Assembly: GCA_964187785.1 (NCBI GenBank) | Contig: OZ076412.1 | Location: 17,050,001-17,114,000, forward strand | Length of the DNA: 64,000 bases | Origin: Amphiscolops sp. MND2022 | Lineage: Eukaryota | Direction of reading: 5' to 3' | Part shown: piece by piece, positions 47,900 to 58,470 of the stretch | Position numbering within the stretch: position 1 is the first letter of the stretch | Layout: every line of letters starts with the position of its first letter | The notes under the pieces: generated by a model | The model's input: only the letters and a program-made list of their open reading frames with translations | Told to the model about the DNA's origin: nothing | The model's database searches: none | Made by a program: the position numbers and the translations under genes

Positions 47900-49637
47900 G
47901 ACGTTGTCTTCAGCTTCGGCATGTGGTAATGATGTGTTTGTTTGTTCAGGCAGACTTTAGGATTCAGACTGTTGAGTGATGTTGGAGTGGACATTTTTCT
48001 GGCAGTGGTTGTGGCAGAGGTGGAACCTCGTGCACTTGTTCGTATTCGTAATAGATCATTTCGTGCTGTGCGTGGACTGTTTCAATTTCATTTGTATCGA
48101 CTTCTCCCCTTGCGCTGGTTGGCGCTTCATGTTCGAGCTCAGGTAGGTTATTGTTGAATATTGCTTGATCGTCAGTAGCATCAGGGTCGCTGTAATGACG
48201 ATTCGCATCGTCGATTACATCTTCAATATGATCGTGTGGTACGAATGGGCGGAGCCGCATTCTATGTACGCATTGCGTTTTAAGGTCCCTACTTTCCGAA
48301 TGATGTAATTAGAGTGAGACAAGACATTAATTACTTTGTAGGGCCCTTCCCACTTGAAAAGGTTAAATGTTAGTTTTTCAGACTGTGAACTAATTCTGGG
48401 GTTCAGCAAAAAGGCAAAGGCATTTACTTTAGGTGGTGATGCTTGTGCCTTCCGGTCGTAATGTGCTTTATACTTGTGAAAGGTTTTGATAATATTAGCG
48501 TGCGTTTCTTTGAAGTTGGAATTCAAGTTATCGACAAATGACTGGGTGTCGGTGGCGTTCCTTGGTAAACTCAGAGGATTGCTAAATTTGAGGTCCAGTA
48601 CGTTGTACGGCACGCGTCCATGGAAAATTTCGGTTGGAGTACATTCTGGGGTTCCGCAAAACGGAAAACGCATTTACTTTAAGTGGTGATGCTTGTGCCT
48701 TCCGGTCGTAATGTGCTTTATACTTGTGAAAGGCTTTGATAATATTAGCGTGCGTTTCTTTGAAGTTGGAATTCAAGTTATCGACAAATGACTGGGTGTC
48801 GGTGGCGTTCCTTGGTAAACTCAGAGGGTTGCTAAATTTGAGGCCCAGTGCGTCGTACGGCACGCGTCCATGGAAAAGTTCGGTTGGAGTACATTTCAAA
48901 GTTTGGTGGTACGTTGTGTTGTGTGCCAAAACGTTGATTTTAAGGATTTGTTTTAGCTTTTGATGTGATCTCTCGATCATCCCAATAGTTTGGCCATGTT
49001 TGACTGTAGCATGGGACACTTTGATGCCCATTGTCTTCATGAGTTCTTCAATCACCTGTGATGTAAAGACAGAGCCTTTGTCAGTGATGATGTGTTTCGA
49101 GATGTAGGCGTGTTTCGTGAAAATGTCTATCAGTGCGTTCACTACCGACTTGGTAACAGGTTTTCGGATTGGTATGGCAAACAGATATCTCGAGAAGTCG
49201 CACGCCGTCAGGATGTGCGTGTACCCGTTGGACCGTGGTAACTCTCCGACCAGATCAATTTCCATAATATCTTCAGGCCCATTGCAGGGGTCGTAAATCG
49301 GTTCGAGTGGTGGTGTTATGGAGTTGTTTTTCACAGGTTTCATTTTGATACAAGTTTGACAGTTATTCACAAATTCTTGCACCTTTTCCGTTAAACCCGG
49401 GACGTAGTACCTTTTCCTAAGTTCGGCTAGCATTTTTGAAGCGCCAGGGTGTCCCTGCATGGGGTCGCCATGCATCGTCCTGATTATGGCTTCTGTAGTT
49501 TCAGGAGGGACTACAATTTGACGAAAAGCTAAATTCCCTACGTTGTCAAAAAACTGCCTATACAACACGTTGTTCACAACTTCTAGCCATTTACGGTTTT
49601 TGAAAACTTTTGAAAAAAAGGTACTCGTAAAGTTCAC
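47900..49637 (-). pseudogene. Gypsy integrase with a 250-bp tandem duplication in its C-terminal part
   Basis: HGDPMQGHPG, CQTC, MEIDLVG, ITDKGS, MIERSH; C-terminal KWEGPYKVI and RLRPF. 48395-48645 repeats at 48645-48895. Confidence 0.92.
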
Positions 49638-49899
49638 TTGGTTTGGAGCGGTTTCCTGGAGGGGTAAGAATTCTTATCATTCGTTGGACGTCACTATTTT
49701 CACCTTGGGCATAACAATCTCTGAAGTCCCCGAAGGGCATACCTGATTTACCATGTGAACCTGGTTCCGTTGGTAGAATCAGGTGAAGAACAGCGTCTGG
49801 TCAGAGGGCGCCACAAACGGTTGCACCTGGGTTTGGATTTCGTCTATACGTTTGTGGTACTGTTCGTCATCTTCATGATGTTTTTGCGGGAACATTGCT

Positions 49900-52079
49900 A
49901 GTAGGGTTTGCATCTTAGGGTTTTGTGGTGCGGTGACGTCAGGTACGTCGTCTTCTTCTGGGATATACTTTGCTTCATCATCGTCCTGTTTGGGTGTTTT
50001 GTAGGCCTGATCGATCTCGACTTTGTAGACTGGGATTTCGTCGTTGAGCCCAAGGTGGATCCTGTCCCTCGGGTTTATGTCAAATCTGGACAGGTAATCA
50101 GCTGCTGGGTTTTCGACGCCAGGTACATGAGCCCGAACGAAGTCAAATTGGAGGGCCTGGTCGCAGTAGTTCCACAGTTTGGGCGGTATTCTCTTCGATT
50201 AGAAAAATATTGTGAGGGCTTTGTTATCAGTCATGACTTTGGTTGGCTTCTTCACACCCCACAAGATATGTGCAAATTCGTCAAACGCAAAATAAATGGC
50301 CAGGAACTCATTTGCCTACATCGTGAGTGACATCTGGCCTTCGGTAAATCTCTGCGATCCGAAAGCAACAGGAGCGTATGACTTCATCGGCCTAACATCG
50401 GATTCGTTGTAGTCCTCTATAAGTAGGACATACCCAGCTGCATGCTCACTAGCATCGCACACGATGACCAGTTGTTTGTCTGGTAGAAGTAGTCATAGGG
50501 ACATCTTGGCAGCATTAGCGAGCTTCTCATTGATGTCAAATATAGCATCTTTGTGAATTTGGGTGAGTTCATACTTGACGTCCTTCTGTAACAACTTGTA
50601 TAGAGGAACCAGTTTCTCAGCTAACTTCGGTATGTACTGGCGGTAGAATTGCACAAAGCCAATATAGCGTTGTAGTGACTCACAAAGTCGAACTTCACGA
50701 AGTCGAGTGACTCACGAAGTCGGACTTCACAGACGTCGGCAATTTGATGTTTTTCTAGAACTTGTCTATTTTTTCTTCTATGGGTGCGACTCCCTTGGAG
50801 GTAATGCTTCGTCCCAGGAATTCGATTTCAGGGTGTCCAAAAGCGCATTTAGCCATTGACAGTTTCAGGCCAGCTTGGCTATTCTTGATGAAGACTGATT
50901 CAATAATATCGACTAACTCTTCGACATTGTTGGCTGCAATGCCGATGTCATCGACGTTTTGAGCACACTTGTGAGCCTTGACTAGAGGGTCCAAGTACTC
51001 TCGAACACTACTATTAAAGGCTGATAGTGATCGGTTCAGTCCTTGAGCTAGTCTGAGGTAGGCGAACGTCTTCAATTACTTCCGAAGTTGAAGGCGAGTA
51101 ACTGGACTGATTGTTCATCTGCTATCTGCAAACAGTGATACACTTGCGAACAGTCCAGCTTGCAGAAGTATCGTTTTCCAGCCTTGTGCTGCGCTGCGTC
51201 GGCCATTGTCGTTACTGGGTGGTTATGCTGGTTGTAATCATTCTTCAGTAAGTGATTGATCCGTCTGAGGTCAACAAGAATTCTAAGATTCCCATTCGGT
51301 TTACGCTGGGCAAAGATGGGTGAGGAGTACTTACTGTACGGTAACGTGGTGATGATACCGTACTCCTGCATCAGTGCTAAATCAACGAGCAAGTCATCTT
51401 TCAGGTTCGTCGGAATGGGTAAGCTCTGAGCATAGACTGGTTCGTCGTGTTTGGGTGTCAACTTTATCTTGAATTCAGTGTTGATCCCTATATCCAGTCT
51501 GTGCCTGGCAAAGATGTCATGGTACTTGACCAGTAGAGCCCCAATTGTTTGCTTCTCGGGTTGGCTCAGGATTGACTGTTCCCACTGAAAGTTTGCCAGG
51601 AACTCCTGCCGCTGTTCTTCAATTACGGTTGGGTCCAATTTCTCCTCCTCCCTGAGTTTGATGATCTCGACGTAGATACGTCTTTTGATCTTGTTGAGTT
51701 TCGACGGGTCAACACATGTCTCAGGGGTAGGGTACCACCTTCTGTCTGATTTCATGGTTGGATCCTGGAAGATTTGGTTCAAAACTGCATCAGCATCATC
51801 TGGGTATCGTGAGATCAGATTGAATTGGTGTTCAGTCATCGGTTGTAGATTATTGGCTTGTTTTGGTGTCATGATCTTGAATGATGCTACTGCGGTTCCC
51901 ACAATATTGGTTATCTGGTAATCAAGTGGGTTGGTGTCTTGGGCATGTGTCCGACCCTCTTGGGTCTCGCTAAGAGCCGGGGACACCAACAAGTGTGAAC
52001 GTCGTTCAAAGGCGGGCAGTACTTCTACAGTACCAGTGATGTCGCCTAGGTCGCGTTCAACCACCACTGAGACGAACAC
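49900..52079 (-). pseudogene. Gypsy reverse transcriptase and RNase H, frameshifted
   Basis: YSSPIFAQRKPNG.LRILVDLRRIN, FCKLDCSQ, LAQGL..SLSAF, QNVDDIG (YVDD mutated to NVDD), EFLGRSIT; RNase H CDASEHAAGYVL. Confidence 0.92.
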
Positions 52080-52184
52080 TAGTTGATTGGGTTGGATGAC
52101 AATCTTCTGAGTTGTATTCAGTTCGAGTAGCTTGTTTTTGAATTTCCCGTTACCCGATCGTAGCTGGAGGGTGATGTCTGGGAA

Positions 52185-52523
52185 TTATACGATGTTGTTA
52201 GCCAGATGAAGAGTAACTGAGTATTTCTTGAAGAACGACATTCCAATTACTACGTTCCTCATGGTCGGGAGAACCATGAATGTTTCTTCGAAGACTTTTC
52301 CGCCAATGAAAAATCGTAGTAAAACTTGCTTTCTCACTGGTACAATGTTGCCATTAGCAGTTTGCACCTTGAACTCCGGGGCAGGGAGTTCTTGGAGAAG
52401 GGCTGCTGGATGTGCTGAGAGGATGCGACGAAGTTCTGCTTCTGATATTGTACTTTGGATTGCACCGGTATCGAGAAGGCCAAAATTTTCGTATGCACGA
52501 AATTGAAGTGGTACGTACAACAT
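52185..52523 (-). pseudogene. Gypsy aspartic protease
   Basis: FGLLDTGAIQS catalytic motif, TANG flap, VIGMSFF. Confidence 0.88.
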
Positions 52524-52888
52524 CCTGTCTTTCTTGTTGAGTTGTAAGGTGGCACTCAGATGGCGGATTTCGTATTTTGGTTTCTTCGGCTACTTGTTTG
52601 GCTTCGGCCGTGTTGGTTGGTCAACAGCATTCGGCAACTCGGTTGTTGTGTTGCTCTGCTGCACTGATTTTGCGTTGTTGACTTCGGGTCTTCGTTTCAG
52701 TTCCTTCGGTTTAATGGTGTAGGCATCGATCGAATATCGTGTGATGACAAAGTTTGTAGTTTCATTAGTACAAGTTGAAATACGGGACTGCCACCTCGTG
52801 TGGTTTATTGTCTTGAGTTGGTTTTGAGTACTAGGTTGTTTTTGGTTATGGCGCGCACTTTTGTTTGGTTGAGGATGATGACGTGGCA

Positions 52889-54347
52889 TTAGAAGTTTTT
52901 TTGGGTCTTCCACGTCATCGTGTTGTTCAATCTCCGCGGCATTCTCGGCTTCATCATTGGTTGTGTGGGACAGTTCGTTTGCGTTATAGACCCTGGCATT
53001 GTTTTGTCTAAAGTCCATCTGAATTGCCTGTTTTCCTCTGTTGACTGTTTAGGATACGGGACACTCCTGTAAGCCGACGTAGTCGTATTCCTGTAGTAAC
53101 AGTCTCGGGCTGAATGTCCCCCTTCCTGCAAATGACAGACTAGCTTCGAATTGTTTTCGGGTTTGGGTTGTTGCTCTTGGCTGGGTTGGGTGACGGGTTG
53201 CGAGTTCGAATTCGTCAATTTGCCTTGGTTTTCTTTCCGGAGTCGTTTTCGACATTCTGCCCACTTATGCCCATGTATATATTATGCCCAAGGTCGGCAT
53301 TGACCATCAAATTTCCTCTTCGTTTCCTCGTTCTGTTGGGGTTGAGATTGGGCATTTTGTGGCGCAGTTGCTGCTGGTTGTGGTGCGCTCATCTGGTTGA
53401 ATGGTTGTGCACTAGAGTTTGTTGGGAGGAGTTGTGCATACTGACATCTGCGTTGCGCAAATGTTCGGATTTCCTCCAATGAAGCATCATGCTTTTCTGC
53501 CATTGCCAGTTCATTTTGCATTTGGACGGGAAGTTTGGCGAACAGGAAGGTCTCGGTTATCTCGCCAGATCTATCTCCAAATGCTTGTTTCGCTACCTTT
53601 TTGAATTTTTCGAGAAATTCGTTAAAGGTCTCTGCTGTTGGGTCATAGCGCATTTGGTCAAATTCGTATTTGGCCACTTCGTTCAAGTCTTCTTTTGCGT
53701 ATTCTTCCTTGATGTAACGCAAGACTTGTGCCAATGTAGTTTGGGCTGTTATCTTCAGTGATTGCCAGAATTCAATGGCATTAACACGAAGCAGGCTCTG
53801 AAAGTACGTCAGTTTCTGTTCCTCTGACAGTTTGTGTTGGTGTGGCCTGAGGTGGTTGAGCAGGAGGTGTTCAAATTCGTTGTATTTCTCCCTGTTGCCT
53901 CTGAAGTGTTGAACCTGGTGTGGAGGATTTTCGGATGTTGTACATTATCCGTCATCGTGTCTCTCGGTGGATTTTGGTGACTATGTCATCAATTTGGTGG
54001 GCGGATGACTGAGGGTAATGCGATGTGGATGGGCGCATTGGGTTCGTCTGATTAATGTTTGTCTGAACTCCTGTCACCATGTCGGAACGTGTCTCATGAC
54101 TATTTGAGACAGTGTTCAATTTGGTCCCTTCTCTATTACTAGAGAATATCTTTTCGATCAACGCAAGTACCAAATTTGTCAACTCGCTTGTTTGTCTATT
54201 CATGTCGGAGAAGCGCTGGTTAACAGTATCTCGTCCAGAATTATGTTGGTAATTCAGTACATCTCCATCATTAAATTCACTAATTTGTTCCCTAGTAAGG
54301 ACTTCGGGAATACTACATTCGCTTTCAGAGTCCCTGTGTCTATCCAT
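52889..54347 (-). pseudogene. Gypsy gag with an upstream extension starting in the putative LTR; frameshifted
   Basis: MDRHRDSE..ISEFNDGD..RFSDMNRQ (54347-53952), then a frameshift into MTDNVQHPKIL..FRGNREKYNEFEHLLLNHL, FLFAKLPVQMQNEL and degenerate knuckles (C..EGGHSARDC). Confidence 0.8.
54068..54079 (-). promoter_or_regulatory. Gypsy primer binding site (tRNA-Leu-like)
   Basis: TGGTGACAGGAG directly after ...GTTCCGACA; one mismatch to the complement of a tRNA-Leu 3' end (TGGTGTCAGGAG). Confidence 0.6.
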
Positions 54348-55593
54348 TTCGTTTGTTCAATCTGATTATCTCTAAGTGTCTGCGATAAAATTTTAACCAT
54401 ATGGGAAAAGATATTGTAGCTTGAAGTATGAATTGAAACTATCGAGAGGTTGGGTTATATTGGAAGGTAGGAAGTAGTAGCGACTGCACTGTATCGTATA
54501 ACAAAATCTATAATGGCGCTTTCTCACCCAATATTGAGTATGTCGACGTAGTTGGCTTCAGTACATCGACCAATCACATATCAGTATTTCGATTATGTTA
54601 ATTAGCACCTTGGTTGGTAGTAACGTGGTTTGAGTCTACTTTTGGTAGTTACGCTACCATAGTAACATGACTCACTAATTAGATGCGAATGGTATAACTT
54701 GGTACAAATGGTATTGCTATGTAGTGATGCAGCCAACATTATATGTATCAATGGTTAAAATGGACATTTAATTATAATGCACTAAGACTAAAAATGGAAA
54801 CTGATGATGATCTATCATATATTTTACAAACGTGGTTAATCATGATATCGCGAATTAACTCAATAATCACATGAAGAAAAATGTATGATTTATGTTTATG
54901 AAACATTGGTAGTTTGAGGATTATTCTAAACGATGCACTATAAGTGTTTTTGTGTTTTAGTTTTATGATGCAGTTCGTTCAACAGCATTCTTCACTTCCG
55001 TATGCAATTAATTTCATGCGTCAGTCATGACAATTTGTTTTTCAATGTACATCAGAACTGTGTTTCAAATGTCGGTTTTTGAGAACAAAGAATAAGCTTT
55101 CAGGCAGCTTTACTAAAATCACACTTCTAGAGATATATTTTTCTTGAGTTTGCATTTTTGACTACTTCACAGTCTAAGAAGTGCCCATCTAGCTTTCTCC
55201 CTTAAGTCAATATTGAATTGACAAAACTGAGATGACTGCAGCCAGATTATTGTCTGAGAAAGTAAAAAAGTCCTAATTAGAAACATTCTTGATAAAAATG
55301 TCTGGAACCGCTTTTTCGATAATAAGGGAATAGGGACTAGCGGAATTGTTTGTTAAGTGATGTTCAATGGAACGAAAGTTGTCAGGCAACTCGATTTCTC
55401 AGTCGAAACATGTAAATATCTTGAAAGTTTGGCACTTCTCTAGCAAATCTAACACTTTTCGCTAATTCATTTTTTGCAAAAGTCTTGCAAGAATCTTGCC
55501 AGACAGTTTGCAAGAATAATGCATTGACTTGCAAGATCTTGCAAGACGTCTTGCAAGATATTTTCAAGAATCATGTTTTTTTTCAACCTAGAG

Positions 55594-56064
55594 CATCACA
55601 ATAAAACGAAAAAAAAGTGCTTTAGGAATTGTTGAAAAGATAGTTCAACAGAATTCATTATGTAAAAGTTTTTTAACGTGTGGGGGAAAAGAAAAAAAGA
55701 GGCTAAGATCCTTACTGAAATAACGCCAGAAGGCCAAAAAAGCGTTTCAGAACTCTGAGAATCAACCTTTTTCTTATCGAAGAACTTCCAAGGAAGCAAG
55801 CTAAATGCAGAAAGATCAAAAATCCAAGATCAATGAAAACAATTTTGACAAATCCGGAATTCTTTCAGAAAAGGTTGATTCTGAGAAAACATTCGAAGAA
55901 TATAAAAACGCTTTTTTATTCTTCTGGCATTATTTTAATTAGCAACTTCGGTTCTTTTGCCTTCTCTCCCACACTTTAAAATACTAAATTTATTTCGAAT
56001 GAATTCTATTGAAATAACTTTTTAACTATTCCTAAAGCACTCTTCTTTTAGTTCTATTTTGATG
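55594..56064. mobile_element. Foldback/MITE-like element with about 180-bp imperfect inverted arms
   Basis: GTGCTTTAGGAAT (near 55617) versus ATTCCTAAAGCAC (near 56028); CAGAATTCATT versus AATGAATTCT; GAGAATCAACCTTTT (55757) versus AAAAGGTTGATTCT (55869); spacer about 95 bp. Confidence 0.7.
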
Positions 56065-56591
56065 ACTTCACATAAATATAATCAAACGCATATAATCAGT
56101 GACTACATTTTGATAATTTTACAAACATTTACCGCAAACGTTTCGCATGCTTCCATTATTGAATCATGGTCAGGAGTAACGAACTAAGAACCCAGGTTTT
56201 TGATCTTTGCGAATCTGTGCAGATCTGCAGGGTTCTGCAAAGATCGTTGCACTGAATCTTGAAGATTCATACAGAACTGCAAGATCTTTACGGAAGTGTG
56301 CAGATTTTCTTTAAAGATTTTTGCAGAAATATGTTTCTCTGCAGCTTCTAAGGAACCAATATACTGCATTTTTGGACTTCTTCAACTACTTTATCGAGTA
56401 TTTTAGCTGACCTAGATCACTTAAAATTCTAGAGAAGGAAAATGTGTCCCCATCACGGTAATTTTGGTGACTGGAGAAAGTGCGGTTTTGGTACAACACG
56501 GTAATTTATCCCTTTCACTCGAACTTTCCAGAAGTGGTAGTGTTGCGATAGCAATACAAATATCGTTAATTCAAAACAAACAAATTATAAG

Positions 56592-56660
56592 GCAGCTTGG
56601 CTCAGCGGTAGAGTACAAGGCCGGTATCTGACCGGCGTGGGTTCGATTCCCGGACATGCA
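56592..56660 (+). promoter_or_regulatory. tRNA-derived Pol III type-2 promoter cassette in the 5' LTR
   Basis: A box TGGCTCAGCGG (56598-56608); B box GGTTCGATTCC (56640-56650); D-arm GCTC/GAGT; hairpin GCCGG-7 nt-CCGGC; T4 runs just downstream; acceptor stem incomplete. Confidence 0.78.
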
Positions 56661-56889
56661 AAATATTTTATATTTTGGAAATATTTCTCCGATTTCGGTA
56701 AAAATACTCTCGAAATGGCCTTGCTATTCAGATCAAAAAGTGAGTCATATTCTTTTGTAATTTGGTGATCAAACTTTGAGTTGGCCGTAATTATTCTCTT
56801 GTTTGGCTTTCTCATTGAAAAAGTTGAATAGACGTTTCTTCTCATACAAATCTTTGGCATCAATCAAAAGATTTTACATGGTGGCCATT

Positions 56890-57332
56890 GAGAGGCTTTC
56901 ACGTTGGAAGACATCGTCAAGAGCAAAAGCAGCGGCACCTGTGAGTACAGGAGATACAGCCAAGGAACCCACGTGCGCTCTTCACTCTGCTGCGATCCCA
57001 GACTCGAGTTCTACTGGAAGTGTGTCATTGCCCCCAAAGTGTACCAGACCAGTGGCATCCTGCTGGCCTTTCTCTCGCTGACGCTGGTGTGGAGCGAGGT
57101 GACCTTCTTCCAGAAGCACTGAAGTGTTCGCTTCTGGCCGCGACTACTTTCTCATACAAGCGCTGTGTGTGGTGCTGCTGCTGTACATGTGTGTCACTGT
57201 GTACTGGACCGTGTTCCGGGTGCGCTTCCTCAACTTCTACTACCTGTCCCCGCACCATCACACCGACGAGTACACACTCCTCTTCAGTGGACTTCTTCTG
57301 TGTCGGCTGACGCCCTCTGTGTGTCTGAACTT
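56890..57332 (+). pseudogene. LMBRD2: Captured intronless fragment of host LMBRD2 coding sequence inside BEL-2
   Basis: AFTLEDIVKS..DPRLEFYWKC..LSLTLVWSEVTFF and YMCVTVYWTVFRVRFLNFYYLSPHHHTDEYTLLFSGLLLCRLTPSVCLNF resemble LMBRD2 (AF.[66 protein letters not shown]; recalled). GC-rich island; about 13 codons missing with a stop and frameshift at about 57120. Confidence 0.9.
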
Positions 57333-57625
57333 TTTCGAGCGTGTGAACTGGGGGATTGTGTGTGAACTTTTTCGAGAGAAAACTTTGGAAAACTTCTCTC
57401 TGTTTGAACAATTTTAATTGAATATCATTGATGTGTGCTAGTCGATAGCAAGGCCTTTTTAAAAAAAAACAATTGTTGGAAGATATCGTGATAAACCGTA
57501 AAACAACGTGATTTACTGTGAAGTACCCTAGACTGTTTTATGAAATTGAAGTGAAATAGAGTGAATTTTTCTGAACTACTGCAAAAAACGAGAACTTTTC
57601 CAAAAAACAAACAGCAAAAGGCTGA

Positions 57626-58228
57626 TTGGTTTTCATATTAGCTGCTAGTTCGTTGCATCATGCAATAGAAACTATTAACCCCGAAAATCAAAACGCTCTA
57701 AAAGAAAAAGTTTATTCCATACCGGGCCTGAGCTTGAACAATAACGCAAAAAATCCTAAAAAAGTAGTTCAGAACTTGATTGAAAAGGATTTCAAAGACG
57801 AAAAAGACCTAATAATTTGGCATGATGTTATAAACAATACTATTTGCAAGCACAAGAGTAACTTTTATCGTGCTCTTCCCGTTCCAACTTTAATTGAAGT
57901 ATTGAAATCATATCAAAACAGGATCAGGGCTCTAGTGTACTGCCAACGTGACCGAACGCCAGACATTTTTGCCGAATTGCAGAAAACTAACATCCTAGCC
58001 TTGAGTATTGGAAAAGACCTCATTTCATTGCGAAAGCAAAAAGATTCAGACTATTTGCAAAATTTGAAGGCATTACATCAGAGCCCCGATCTGGAATTGA
58101 AACATTTGCATACAATTTTGAAACATGAAGATGATTTGTCTCAAATTACTGCCCGTAGTCGCCCCAAACGTCATTCGAAACGCGCCCGCAAGGCGTTAAA
58201 AAACACGTTATCTGCTGCCAGCGAGTAA
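57626..58228 (+). CDS. SGNH/GDSL hydrolase-like (esterase-fold) accessory ORF, 200 aa, upstream of gag in BEL-2
   Basis: Open frame with blocks VFILAASSL (block I Ser), SIPGLSL (block II Gly), LIIWHDVINN (block III Asn) and ALHQ (block V His, Asp absent), as in LINE ORF1-type esterases; basic tail RPKRHSKRARK. Start codon uncertain (TTG in the track; upstream frame degraded). Confidence 0.7.
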   Translation: MVFILAASSLHHAIETINPENQNALKEKVYSIPGLSLNNNAKNPKKVVQNLIEKDFKDEKDLIIWHDVINNTICKHKSNFYRALPVPTLIEVLKSYQNRIRALVYCQRDRTPDIFAELQKTNILALSIGKDLISLRKQKDSDYLQNLKALHQSPDLELKHLHTILKHEDDLSQITARSRPKRHSKRARKALKNTLSAASE

Positions 58229-58470
58229 ACTAACTCACTTTTCGTGTTGTAGCCGCGTCCGGACTTAACTGACCGGTTGACACTGCAACCCGCTTCCTTC
58301 TTTCCTTTCTGTGTTGTGTCCGAGCTTCACTGCTCGGTTGATGCTCAGAAGGAACTCTCTCGAAAAAAGTAACGTGTTTTGTTTATTCCTTTTTCTTAAT
58401 CTTCCAACTAACCGCAACATCCTCCGCGACTATCCTTTTTTTTAACGTAAACAAAATCAAAACAGACAAA

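Larger units (their letters stand above)
44668..54350 (-). mobile_element. Near-complete Ty3/Gypsy LTR retrotransposon, frameshifted; the 3' LTR is missing at the gap and the 5' LTR extends an undetermined distance past 54350
   Basis: On -: ...TTCCGACA end at 54080 followed by a PBS, then gag, PR, RT, RH, IN, a 3.2-kb 3' region and a 15-nt purine tract abutting the gap. Confidence 0.92.
56541..58419 (+). repeat. BEL-2 5' LTR, inferred length 1879 bp
   Basis: The start is fixed by the repeat at 63799. The end is inferred from the terminal inverted repeat TGTTGCG...CGCAACA (58413-58419), 52 bp before the gag ATG. Only the first 202 bp can be compared with the 3' LTR. No intact PBS follows (TCCTCCG resembles a tRNA-Tyr PBS lacking TGG). 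Confidence 0.65.

Noticed and set aside
54360-55030. Outer boundary of the Gypsy 5' LTR
   Set aside because: No second LTR copy or TSD is available in the window to fix it, so no coordinate is claimed.
56592-56660. Functional tRNA gene (apparent TCT anticodon)
   Set aside because: The acceptor stem pairs only 3 bp, there are extra bases between the D-arm and the hairpin, U33 is absent, and the loop differs between LTR copies (TATCTGA versus TATTTGA). Kept only as a tRNA-derived cassette.
56872-56886. Alternative BEL-2 LTR end at TTTTACA (56878) with PBS TGGTGGCC (tRNA-Ile-like)
   Set aside because: Only an 8-nt match, overlapping the start of the LMBRD2 island, and with a poor inverted-repeat match to TGTTGCG. 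The 58419 end fits better, but this cannot be excluded within the window.
56890-57417. LMBRD2 as a resident host gene
   Set aside because: It is a partial, intronless piece with an internal deletion and stop, has no flanking exons, and lies between retrotransposon sequences.
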